Below, piece after piece: positions 1 to 6,778 of a DNA stretch of 29,811 nucleotides (positions within the stretch are counted from its first letter, which is position 1; each line of letters starts with the position of its first letter). The translations under genes and the position numbers were made by a program. The notes beneath the pieces were generated by a model. The model was given only the letters and a program-made list of their open reading frames with translations, was not told the origin of the DNA and did not search any database. This DNA comes from Thermoleophilaceae bacterium (GTDB lineage: Bacteria; Actinomycetota; Thermoleophilia; Solirubrobacterales; Thermoleophilaceae): the NCBI GenBank assembly GCA_013695855.1, contig JACCZR010000168.1, positions 1 to 29,811 of the forward strand, read 5' to 3'.

Positions 1-645
1 GCCCGCCACCTGGCCCAGCGCGCGATGCGCGAGGAGGGTCAGGTGCGCCGCCGAGTCGCAGAGGCGATCCACGACGGACCAGTGCAGGAGCTCATCGCGC
101 TCGACATGATGCTGGCCTCTGCTCGCCAGGCGCTCGCGTCCGGGGACCACCAGCGCGGCGGCGAGCTGCTCGGAGAGGCCCGCGAGGCGACCGCGCGAAA
201 CGTGCGCCTCCTGCGCGAAGAGCTCGTCGAGCTCGGCCCCTACGCGTTCGAGCAGGCCAACTACGAGGCCGCACTGGAGCGCTGCGTCCCGATCTGGAGG
301 CGCCGCTATGGCCTCGACCTCAGGCTGGCGATCGAGCGCATCGCGCTGGCTCCCGAGGTGGCCGGCGAGCTGTTTCGCATCACCCAAGAGGCCGTGGCCA
401 ACGCCGGGCGTCACGCCGAGGCGCAGATCGTCTCGATCAGCCTGCGCACGGTCGGAGTCATCGTCGAGCTGCGCGTGGCCGACGACGGGCACGGCTTCGA
501 AGGCGACCCGCTCGCCGATCCCGAAGCCGGCCACCTCGGCCTGATGAGCATCCGCGAACGGGCCGAGCTGCTGGGTGGCGCGCTCGAGCTCGAGAGCTCG
601 GAGCGCGGCACGAAGCTCGTAGTCCGGGTGCCATTCCCGAGCTAG
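1..645 (+). CDS. Two-component sensor histidine kinase, NarX/UhpB (HisKA_3 + HATPase_c) type; 5' end lies outside the window
   Basis: H-box AEAIHDGPVQ, N-box ITQEAVANAGRHA, G-boxes VADDGHGF and GHLGLMSIRERAELLGG, and final GT motif (GTKLVVRVP). The frame is open back to base 1 (ARHLAQRAM...), so the ATG at 25 is probably internal. Confidence 0.9.
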   Translation, partial: ARHLAQRAMREEGQVRRRVAEAIHDGPVQELIALDMMLASARQALASGDHQRGGELLGEAREATARNVRLLREELVELGPYAFEQANYEAALERCVPIWRRRYGLDLRLAIERIALAPEVAGELFRITQEAVANAGRHAEAQIVSISLRTVGVIVELRVADDGHGFEGDPLADPEAGHLGLMSIRERAELLGGALELESSERGTKLVVRVPFPS

Positions 646-647
646 CG

Positions 648-689
648 CGACAGGCGGAGACCCCGCCGCGCGGGATCTCCGCCGTGTCG
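648..689. terminator. GC-rich imperfect hairpin between convergent genes; probable bidirectional terminator
   Basis: CGACA-GGCGGAGA-CCCCGC...GCGGG-A-TCTCCGCC-G-TGTCG lies between the kinase stop (645) and the SRPBCC stop (693). No U-tract. Confidence 0.6.
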
Positions 690-692
690 AGC

Positions 693-1190
693 TCAGTGCA
701 CGAACGAGTCGCCGGTCTCGAGAAGCGTCTTGAGGCTGCTGAGCACGAAGCTCCATCCGCCCCCCGCGCCCTGATCCTCCATCTCACCCGCGAGCAACCC
801 AGCTGTGCCCGGTGCGCCCTCGAGCTCGTGAACCACGGTGAGCTTGGAGACACCTCCATCGCGCTCGACGATCTCGTAGGTGAGCCGGGTGAACCCCTCT
901 TCCGCCATGTCGGAATTCATGACCATGCGCCACGTCTGGACGAGCTTGCGGGGCGGGTCGGCCTCGATGACCTCGCCGTCCACGGCCACCTCCGGGGCCC
1001 CCTGCGCCCTCATCTCCTCGCTGGTGAGCCCTCGGTACGCGCCGCCGGGGCGCAGGTCGTACTCGGAGCGGCCGCCGTATCCGAACCTCTCCGTCCACTC
1101 CGGCCGGGTGATCGCGTCCCAGATCGCCTGGGGCGCTGCCTTGATGTACACGTTGTACACCTGGGTCGTCGTCTCGGTCATCGTGTTCAT
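693..1190 (-). CDS. SRPBCC/AHSA1 (START-like) ligand-binding domain protein
   Basis: Typical pattern VYNVYIKAAPQAIWDAIT...GEVIEADPPRKLVQTW...SKLTVVHE...GWSFVLSSLKTLLETG. The ORF-track start overlaps the ArsR gene end by 4 nt. Confidence 0.88.
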   Translation of the reverse strand: MNTMTETTTQVYNVYIKAAPQAIWDAITRPEWTERFGYGGRSEYDLRPGGAYRGLTSEEMRAQGAPEVAVDGEVIEADPPRKLVQTWRMVMNSDMAEEGFTRLTYEIVERDGGVSKLTVVHELEGAPGTAGLLAGEMEDQGAGGGWSFVLSSLKTLLETGDSFVH

Positions 1191-1507
1191 TTCCTTTCCT
1201 CCAGTTCGCTCTTGAGCTCAGTGAGCGCCGACACTCGGCGCTCGGTGTACTTGTCGATCCACCGGTCGTGGATCAGCCGAATCGGCACCGGGTTCAGGAA
1301 GTGCAGCTTCTCCCGACCCGACTTTCGTGCCGCCACGAGTCCCGCCTCCTCCAGCACGCGCAGGTGCTTCATCACCCCGAAGCGAGTCATGTCCAGCTCG
1401 GACTCGAGCTCGGTGAGCGTGCGGCCGTCACGCACGAAGAGCCGGTCGAGCAGGAAGCGACGCGTCGGATCTGCGAGCGCTTTGAAGACGAGGTCGTCGT
1501 CAGCCAT
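1187..1507 (-). CDS. ArsR/SmtB-family winged-helix transcriptional regulator (SRPBCC-linked subtype)
   Basis: VFKALADPTRR...MTRFGVMKHLRVLEEAGLV...GREKLHFLNPVPI...RWI. No metal-binding Cys. Confidence 0.92.
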   Translation of the reverse strand: MADDDLVFKALADPTRRFLLDRLFVRDGRTLTELESELDMTRFGVMKHLRVLEEAGLVAARKSGREKLHFLNPVPIRLIHDRWIDKYTERRVSALTELKSELEERK

Positions 1508-1514
1508 GAACAGG

Positions 1515-1544
1515 ACTATAGGTGACTAAAAGGTCACATGTCAA
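1515..1544 (-). promoter_or_regulatory. Housekeeping-sigma promoter of the arsR-SRPBCC operon with an operator palindrome in the spacer; leaderless
   Basis: Minus strand: TTGACA (1544-1539), 18 nt, TATAGT (1520-1515), 7 nt, ATG (1507). Inverted repeat GTGAC-N6-GTCAC at 1522-1537. Confidence 0.8.
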
Positions 1545-1717
1545 CCCGTGCAGCTTCGGAGACCCAAGTTCCGGGCACGGCCGACCGCATCGCCTGGACC
1601 CTCGGCACCGGGCCCGCCCAACACGAGGTCGTTGCCAGAGCCTCCTTGGCCGCGGTCTGCGCCGGTACTTAGATCGATGCAGTCGTTTCCTGCTAAGGCA
1701 TCGACGACGTCGTCGCC
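1541..1717 (-). pseudogene. Remnant of an RTX/hemolysin-type Ca-binding repeat protein
   Basis: Translates as GDDVVDALAGNDCIDLSTGADRGQGGSGNDLVLGGPG, i.e. 3-4 GGxGxD-like nonapeptides. It has no start codon of its own, begins ~15 nt after the upstream stop and uses rare codons (TTA, CTA, AGT). Confidence 0.6.
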
Positions 1718-1731
1718 GGCCTTCGGCCTCG

Positions 1732-2802
1732 CTAGAGCCAGCCGCGCTCGGTGGCTATCAGCACCGCCTGCGCGCGGTCCACCGCTCCGAGCTTCGCGTA
1801 GGTGTTGTGCAGGTGCGTGCGCACCGTGGAGGTCGAGAGGTCGAGCTCGTGGGCGATCTGCTTGTAGACCTTGCCCTCGGCCAGGCGCTTGAGCACCTCT
1901 ACCTCGCGTGAGGAGAGCGGGCACGGGTCCACGTTGCGCTTGGCCTGCCCGTTGCCCTGCGGCAGCTCGTACATGACCGAGCGAAGCTGGTCGCCACTCA
2001 GGCCCAGCGCTCTGGCCGCCTTGAGCAGCTCGCGGGGGTCAACCTGCTGGCCGTGGCCGTAGTGGGCGAGCATGTCGGCGAGGCGCACCAACGCGGCTTC
2101 GCCCTCGGCATCTTCGGAGTGATGGCGCTCGATGGCGGCGGCCAAGCGGTTGGGCAGACTCCAGCGGCGGGCCAGCACCCCGCCGACCAGGGCGTGGTCG
2201 ACCCCCAGCTCGCGGCGCTCGCGCCTGATGCGCTCCTCGGGAGTGCGCGCCTCGCCGTGGATCTGGGAGGGGTAGGCGGAGTAGGAGTGCACGAGCACGA
2301 GCTTCCCCACGTCGTGCAGCAGGGCGGAGACCAGCAGCTCGTCGCGGTCGGGGTACTCGAGCACGCGCGCCACGCGGTCGGCCGCCGATTGAGTGGCCAC
2401 GGCGTGGAGCCGGAAGCGCTCGGGCGCGTTGTCCCAGCCCGGCGAGCGCTCGAAGAAGTCAAAGGTGGCGGCTCGCGAAACCAGGGCCTCGACCCCCTCG
2501 GGGCTCAGCGCCTCAACAGCCTGGGGGATGCTGGCTATCTTGCCGCGCTTTCGGCCCGCCAGGCGGTTGGCCATGCGCAGGACGGTGATCACCAGAGAAC
2601 AGTCGGACTCGACGGCGGCCACGACGTCCCCGGTGTTCGGGTTGTCGTCGCGCACCACGGAGAGCACCCGGTTGCGGGACTCGGCCAGCGCCGGGAAACC
2701 CTCGAGCGCGTCGAACGCGGCGGTCAGCCGGCGCCCATGGCCCTCGTTGTGGCGCCGGCCGAAGGCATCCGACGGCACCGTGTGTGTCATTGCAGCTTCC
2801 AT
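1732..2802 (-). CDS. HDOD-domain protein with C-terminal LuxR-type HTH (one-component regulator)
   Basis: HDOD motifs (VLRMAN, F..HAVAT, LLHDVGKLVL, GVDHALVG...RWSLP...IERHH) followed by LuxR HTH LSSREVEVLKRLAEGKVYKQIAHELDLSTSTVRTHLHNTYAKLG. Start may be the ATG at 2790. Confidence 0.9.
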   Translation of the reverse strand: MEAAMTHTVPSDAFGRRHNEGHGRRLTAAFDALEGFPALAESRNRVLSVVRDDNPNTGDVVAAVESDCSLVITVLRMANRLAGRKRGKIASIPQAVEALSPEGVEALVSRAATFDFFERSPGWDNAPERFRLHAVATQSAADRVARVLEYPDRDELLVSALLHDVGKLVLVHSYSAYPSQIHGEARTPEERIRRERRELGVDHALVGGVLARRWSLPNRLAAAIERHHSEDAEGEAALVRLADMLAHYGHGQQVDPRELLKAARALGLSGDQLRSVMYELPQGNGQAKRNVDPCPLSSREVEVLKRLAEGKVYKQIAHELDLSTSTVRTHLHNTYAKLGAVDRAQAVLIATERGWL

Positions 2803-2819
2803 TGGAGAACTCGCTGTGG

Positions 2820-2847
2820 GTATCGGCAGATGGGAGCGGGAGATTGA
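2820..2847 (-). promoter_or_regulatory. Sigma28 (FliA/SigD/WhiG)-like promoter
   Basis: Minus strand TCAA (2847-2844), 16 nt, GCCGATAC (2827-2820), 18 nt upstream of the HDOD-LuxR ATG. The established consensus is TAAA-N15-GCCGATAA. Confidence 0.6.
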
Positions 2848-2899
2848 ATCGGCGGGCCGGGTCGCGCAGCTCGGCCCTATGGAGGTTGGGCGGGCATGA

Positions 2900-2986
2900 A
2901 ACCGGCACCGGCTCGGGCTCTCGCTCGCCGACGACCTGGGCCACCGTTCGGCTTCCAGGCGGCTGACGCTCGAGATCGTGGAGTAG
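2900..2986 (+). pseudogene. Possible orphan 3' tail of a secreted/surface beta-sandwich protein
   Basis: A start-less frame reads NRHRLGLSLADDLGHRSASRRLTLEIVE*, resembling the H-R-L-x-L...D..G..S...L-x-L-x-I C-termini of Ig-like surface proteins. Pattern recognition only. Confidence 0.3.
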
Positions 2987-2994
2987 CGCCGCCG

Positions 2995-4251
2995 CTACCC
3001 GCGGGCACGCTCGAGGGCAGCGTCAATGCGGTCCAGGGTCTCTTCCCGGCCCAGCACCGCGACCGACTCGAAGATGCCGGGAGAGACCGTCGTGCCGCTG
3101 ATCGCCACCCGCAGGGGCTGAAAGACCTCCTTGGGCTTTACCCCCAGGCGTTCCACGACGCCCCTCAGCGCCCTCTCCACCCCGGCGATGTCGAATGGGT
3201 CCGCCGTCTCGATCGACTCGCGGGCCGCTTCGAGGCGCTCTGCGGCGCCGTCGCCCATCACCTTGCCCCAGGCCTTGTCGTCGAAGGGCTGGCGCTCGAC
3301 CAAGAAGGCCGCGAGTGTCCAGAAGTCCTCGAGCGTCTGCATCTTCTCCTGCGCGATGCCCACGGCGCTGGCGAGGCCGGCCTGCCCGTGGCGCTCCTCG
3401 AGGATCTCGGTGAGACGCTCGGGTGCGAGCTCGCGCAGGTAGCGGCCGTTCATCCAGCGCAGCTTCTGCTCGTCGAAGACGGCCGCTGACTTGGTGACCC
3501 GGTCCAGCGAGAAGCCCTCGACCAGCTGCTCGGTGGACAGGAACGTGGTCGTCTCGTCAAGCCCCCAGCCCAGCAGCGCGATGTAATTGCGAACCGCCTC
3601 AGGCAGGTAGCCGGAGTCGCGCAACTCCTGCACCGAGGCCGCGCCGTGGCGCTTGGAGAGCTTCTTGTTGTCGGGGCCAAGGAGCAGCGGCAGGTGGGCA
3701 TAGGCCGGCGGATCGACGCCCAGGGCCTTCAGCACCATCACCTGGCGCGGGGTGTTGGAGAGGTGGTCCTCGCCGCGGACCACGTGGGTGATCTGCATGT
3801 CGAGGTCGTCGACGGCGACGGCGAGGTTGTAGAGGGGGCTCCCGTCCGAGCGGGCCACCACGAAGTCCTTGATCCCCGAGTGCGGGAAGCGCACCTCGCC
3901 GCGGATCTCGTCCTGCACCACGGTCTCCCCCTCGGGGTCCACACGCAGGCGGACCGCGCCCTCGTCGCGGTAGGCGTGACCGTCGTCGAGCAGGCGCTCG
4001 ATGGCCTCGTGATGGCGCGGGAGCTGCTCGGCCTGCGAGAAGGGCCCCTCGTCCCATTCGAGCTCGAGCCAGCGCAGGCCGTCGAGGATCTGCTCCACGT
4101 TCTCCGGCGTCGAGCGCTCGCGGTCGGTGTCCTCGATCCGCAGGACGAGCTCGCCGCCCGAGCCACGGGCCAGAAGCCAGTTGTACAGTGCCGTCCGCGC
4201 GCCGCCGATATGCAGGACCCCGGTGGGCGACGGTGCGAACCTCACCCGCAT
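2995..4251 (-). CDS. gltX: Glutamate--tRNA ligase (compact form)
   Basis: MRVRFAPSPTG, HIGG, LRIEDTD, DDLDMQITHVVRGEDH, KLSKR and anticodon-domain LRVAISG...SPGIFE. Confidence 0.96.
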   Translation of the reverse strand: MRVRFAPSPTGVLHIGGARTALYNWLLARGSGGELVLRIEDTDRERSTPENVEQILDGLRWLELEWDEGPFSQAEQLPRHHEAIERLLDDGHAYRDEGAVRLRVDPEGETVVQDEIRGEVRFPHSGIKDFVVARSDGSPLYNLAVAVDDLDMQITHVVRGEDHLSNTPRQVMVLKALGVDPPAYAHLPLLLGPDNKKLSKRHGAASVQELRDSGYLPEAVRNYIALLGWGLDETTTFLSTEQLVEGFSLDRVTKSAAVFDEQKLRWMNGRYLRELAPERLTEILEERHGQAGLASAVGIAQEKMQTLEDFWTLAAFLVERQPFDDKAWGKVMGDGAAERLEAARESIETADPFDIAGVERALRGVVERLGVKPKEVFQPLRVAISGTTVSPGIFESVAVLGREETLDRIDAALERARG

Positions 4252-4253
4252 GT

Positions 4254-4377
4254 TTACGCGAGACGTGATGTCGAGAGATTGGTCGAAACCGCGGGGCGGG
4301 ACGCCCCGCGGGGGTTTACGCGAGACGTGATGTCGAGAGCTTGGTCGAAACCGCGGGGCGGGACGCCCCGCGGGGGT
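4254..4377. repeat. Tandem direct repeat, 2 x 62 bp (one mismatch), each unit with a perfect 10-bp hairpin
   Basis: Units 4254-4315 and 4316-4377: TTACGCGAGACGTGATGTCGAGAG(A/C)TTGGTCGAAA-CCGCGGGGCG-GGA-CGCCCCGCGG-GGGT. Confidence 0.95.
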
Positions 4378-4386
4378 AATCGCTGA

Positions 4387-5253
4387 ATGCTAGTCGGCGC
4401 CCACGTGTCCTCTTCCGGCGGCCTTGTGGCCGCTCACGAGCGCGCCGTGGAGCGTGGTTGCGAGTCGATGCAGGTCTGGGGCCAGTCGCCGCGGACGTGG
4501 AAGGCGACGCTGCCCAAGGAGGCCGACGTACGTGAGTTCCGCGACCTGATGGCCGAGGGCCCCGTCGAGGCCGTGGTGATCCACGCCGTCTATCTCATCA
4601 ACAGCGCCTCGCAGGACGCCGAGCTGCGGCGCAGGTCGCTCGCCTCGCTCACCCACACCCTCCGGCTGGGCGACCTGATCGGCGCCTCCGGGGTGATCCT
4701 GCACCCCGGCTCGTCCAAGGGCGAGCCGGTAGAGGACGCGCTGCCGCGGGTGGCCCAGATCCTGCGCGAGGGGCTGGACGAGTCGAACTCGTGCCCGCTG
4801 CTCCTGGAGAACACCGCCGGGACCGGCGACACCCTCGGGCGGTCCTTCGAGGAGCTCTCCGAGCTGGTCCGCCTCTGCCGCGGGCGCAAGCGGCTCGGCG
4901 TATGCCTGGACTCGTGCCACATGCTGGCCTCGGGCTTCGACATCCGCACGGCGGACAAGCTTGCGGAGGTGATCGACCGCTGCGAGGAAGTGGTGGGCGC
5001 CGGGCGCGTGCGCTGCCTGCACATCAACGACTCCAAGGCCCCGCTGGGCTCCAACCGCGACCGCCACGCATCGCCCGGCGACGGCGAGCTCGGCCCCCGC
5101 GGCTGCGCGGCTTTCATCACCGAGCCGCGCTTCGAGGGGCTACCGGGAATCTTCGAGGGCCCGGGCAAGGCAGGGAAGGGCGCCATGAAGGAGGACGTGG
5201 ACCGGCTGAAGGAGCTGCGGCGCACGGGCCGCCGCTCGCGCCGCCGCCGTTGA
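4387..5253 (+). CDS. nfo: Endonuclease IV (AP endonuclease family 2)
   Basis: GAHVS, IHAVYLIN, LHPG, LENTAG, DSCH, HINDS, DRH and the late Glu (FEG): the tri-metal ligand set is recognisable. Confidence 0.93.
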   Translation: MLVGAHVSSSGGLVAAHERAVERGCESMQVWGQSPRTWKATLPKEADVREFRDLMAEGPVEAVVIHAVYLINSASQDAELRRRSLASLTHTLRLGDLIGASGVILHPGSSKGEPVEDALPRVAQILREGLDESNSCPLLLENTAGTGDTLGRSFEELSELVRLCRGRKRLGVCLDSCHMLASGFDIRTADKLAEVIDRCEEVVGAGRVRCLHINDSKAPLGSNRDRHASPGDGELGPRGCAAFITEPRFEGLPGIFEGPGKAGKGAMKEDVDRLKELRRTGRRSRRRR

Positions 5254-5414
5254 CCACGGACCGAAACCCGGTTACCTTCGACGCCTGCTCCGGCGAGGGA
5301 GAGCACACGGCAACGACGTCCTCGCTCCCTGCACGGGCGGGACCCCCACCGTGACGAGCACCGACACCATCATGGTCTCCGAGCCCCCGGCGGAGAACGC
5401 CAAGCTCCAGGTAC

Positions 5415-5761
5415 GAGGACCGCTTCGAGGCGCCGGCCCCCTCCCTGTTCGAGGTGGCCGAGGAACTGGTCGCGCTGGGCGTGCCACTGCGCCACGCCCT
5501 CGCCGTGGTGGGCAAGGTGCGCGACAGCTCGCGGACCATCGCGCGGGAGTTCGTCCGCCTCTCGTCCACGACGTGGTAAAGCCCTTCGAGGCCGAGGGCC
5601 TGCCCGCCGAGCGCTGGCCCGACATCGTGCGGGCCATCGAGCGCCTGCGCCCGATGTCCGCCCAGGTCGTGCTCGCCGTCTACCAGCTGACGATGACCGC
5701 CGAGGTCGAACGCGAGAGCCCGAAGATCGTCGAGCGCCTCACGACGGGTCGGGGCCGCTGA
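5415..5761 (+). pseudogene. 5'-truncated, frameshifted C-terminal half of a MerR-type regulator
   Basis: Frame from 5415 reads EDRFEAPAPSLFEVAEELVALGVPLRHALAVVGKVRDSSRTIAREFVRL. A 1-nt deletion near 5561 shifts it to VHDVVKPFEAEGLPAERWPDIVRAIERLRPMSAQVVLAVYQLTM. No in-frame start after the TGA at 5352 and no HTH. The MerR assignment is from recalled family pattern. Confidence 0.65.
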
Positions 5762-5800
5762 CGCGGCCCTAAGCGGCGTAGCCGCGAGGCACCGTTCAGC

Positions 5801-6238
5801 CTAGCTGCTCATCCAGGCGCGGGGGCCCGGCCCGCGGCGGCCCAGGCGGTCGTCGGGGTTGGCCAGCGCACAGCGGTCGAGCGACAGACAGCCGCACCCG
5901 ATGCACTCGGTGAGCCCGTCGCGCAGGCGCTCGAGCTCCTCGATGCGCTCGTCGATGCGGGCTCGCCACCCCTGCGAGAGCTTCGCCCAGTCCCCGCGCC
6001 CCGGCGTGCGGTCTCCGGGTAGACGTTCGAGCTCGCCGCCGATCTCGTCGAGCGTCAGGCCTATGCGCTGGGCGAAGACGATGAAGGCGACCCGCCTCAG
6101 CACCGCGCGGGGATAGCGACGGTGAGCCGCGCCAGTCCGCTCAGAGGTGATCAGGCCGCGGTCCTCGTAGTAGCGCAGGGCCGAGGTGGCCACCCCGCTG
6201 CGGGAGGCGACCTCTCCGATGGTCAGCGGTTCGGGCAC
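5801..6238 (-). CDS. soxR: Redox-sensitive transcriptional regulator SoxR
   Basis: MerR HTH LTIGEVASRSGVATSALRYYE and the [2Fe-2S] motif CIGCGCLSLDRC. Confidence 0.95.
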   Translation of the reverse strand: MPEPLTIGEVASRSGVATSALRYYEDRGLITSERTGAAHRRYPRAVLRRVAFIVFAQRIGLTLDEIGGELERLPGDRTPGRGDWAKLSQGWRARIDERIEELERLRDGLTECIGCGCLSLDRCALANPDDRLGRRGPGPRAWMSS

Positions 6239-6246
6239 GGCAGGCC

Positions 6247-6262
6247 TTCAAGCGTACTCGAA
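6247..6262. promoter_or_regulatory. Degenerate SoxR box overlapping the putative soxR -10
   Basis: TTCAAG-CGTA-CTCGAA resembles CCTCAAGTTAACTTGAGG. Its centre contains TACGCT on the minus strand (6256-6251), 12 nt before the GTG. Confidence 0.6.
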
Positions 6263-6328
6263 CCCCAACCGGTCGTTTCGCGCACAGCGGCGCCGGCTGA
6301 GGCGCGACCCTCAGGGCACGAGGTCCGC

Positions 6329-6721
6329 TCAGAGACGGTCTCTGAGGTCGAAGGCCTCGTCACCTTCGTCGGCGACCGGCTTGGAGAAGAAGGCGCGATT
6401 CACGCAGTCGAAGGGCTCGCCGAAGCCGTCGTAGGCGCGCTCCACCGACTGGCGGCAGGTGGAGATCGGCATGCCGGTCATCTTCACGCCGCCGAAGCCG
6501 TGGCGTGTGCGCTGGGCCTCCTCGAACATCTCCACATCGATCTCACCGCGGAAGACCTTGTTCATGCAGCCCATGTAGCGCCGGCCGGTTTCCTCGTCGT
6601 CGTAGAGGTAGAGATAGGAGCAGCCCGAGGCGACGCAGCCCGACGGGTGAACCACGCGGTCGCAGAAGGCACAGCACTGGCGGCACTCGTGGAGCTCGGC
6701 GGCGCGAACGGGCAGCGGCAC
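6329..6721 (-). CDS. Cys-rich hypothetical protein (9 Cys in 130 aa), probable metal/Fe-S binder
   Basis: CRQCCAFC...GCVASGC...GC...C...C. The likely start is the GTG at 6721, preceded by TACACT-N6 (leaderless), rather than the ORF-track start at 6757. Confidence 0.75.
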   Translation of the reverse strand: MPLPVRAAELHECRQCCAFCDRVVHPSGCVASGCSYLYLYDDEETGRRYMGCMNKVFRGEIDVEMFEEAQRTRHGFGGVKMTGMPISTCRQSVERAYDGFGEPFDCVNRAFFSKPVADEGDEAFDLRDRL

Positions 6722-6727
6722 ACTCTG

Positions 6728-6733
6728 AGTGTA
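6728..6733 (-). promoter_or_regulatory. -10 element of a leaderless promoter
   Basis: Minus strand TACACT, 6 nt (CAGAGT), GTG. Confidence 0.65.
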
Positions 6734-6778
6734 GACCGGTGGGGGCGGCCGGGGCACCGCAAATCGGCCCCTCGACGG

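Noticed and set aside
4254-4377. CRISPR array (62-bp period close to type I-E; CCCCGCG-rich palindrome)
   Set aside because: The would-be spacers are identical apart from one base, there are only two units, and there are no cas genes in the window.
5221-5253. Arg-rich C-terminal tail of Nfo (RRTGRRSRRRR) as a special signal
   Set aside because: Short CGC-rich tails are common at the ends of GC-rich genes. There is no further support.
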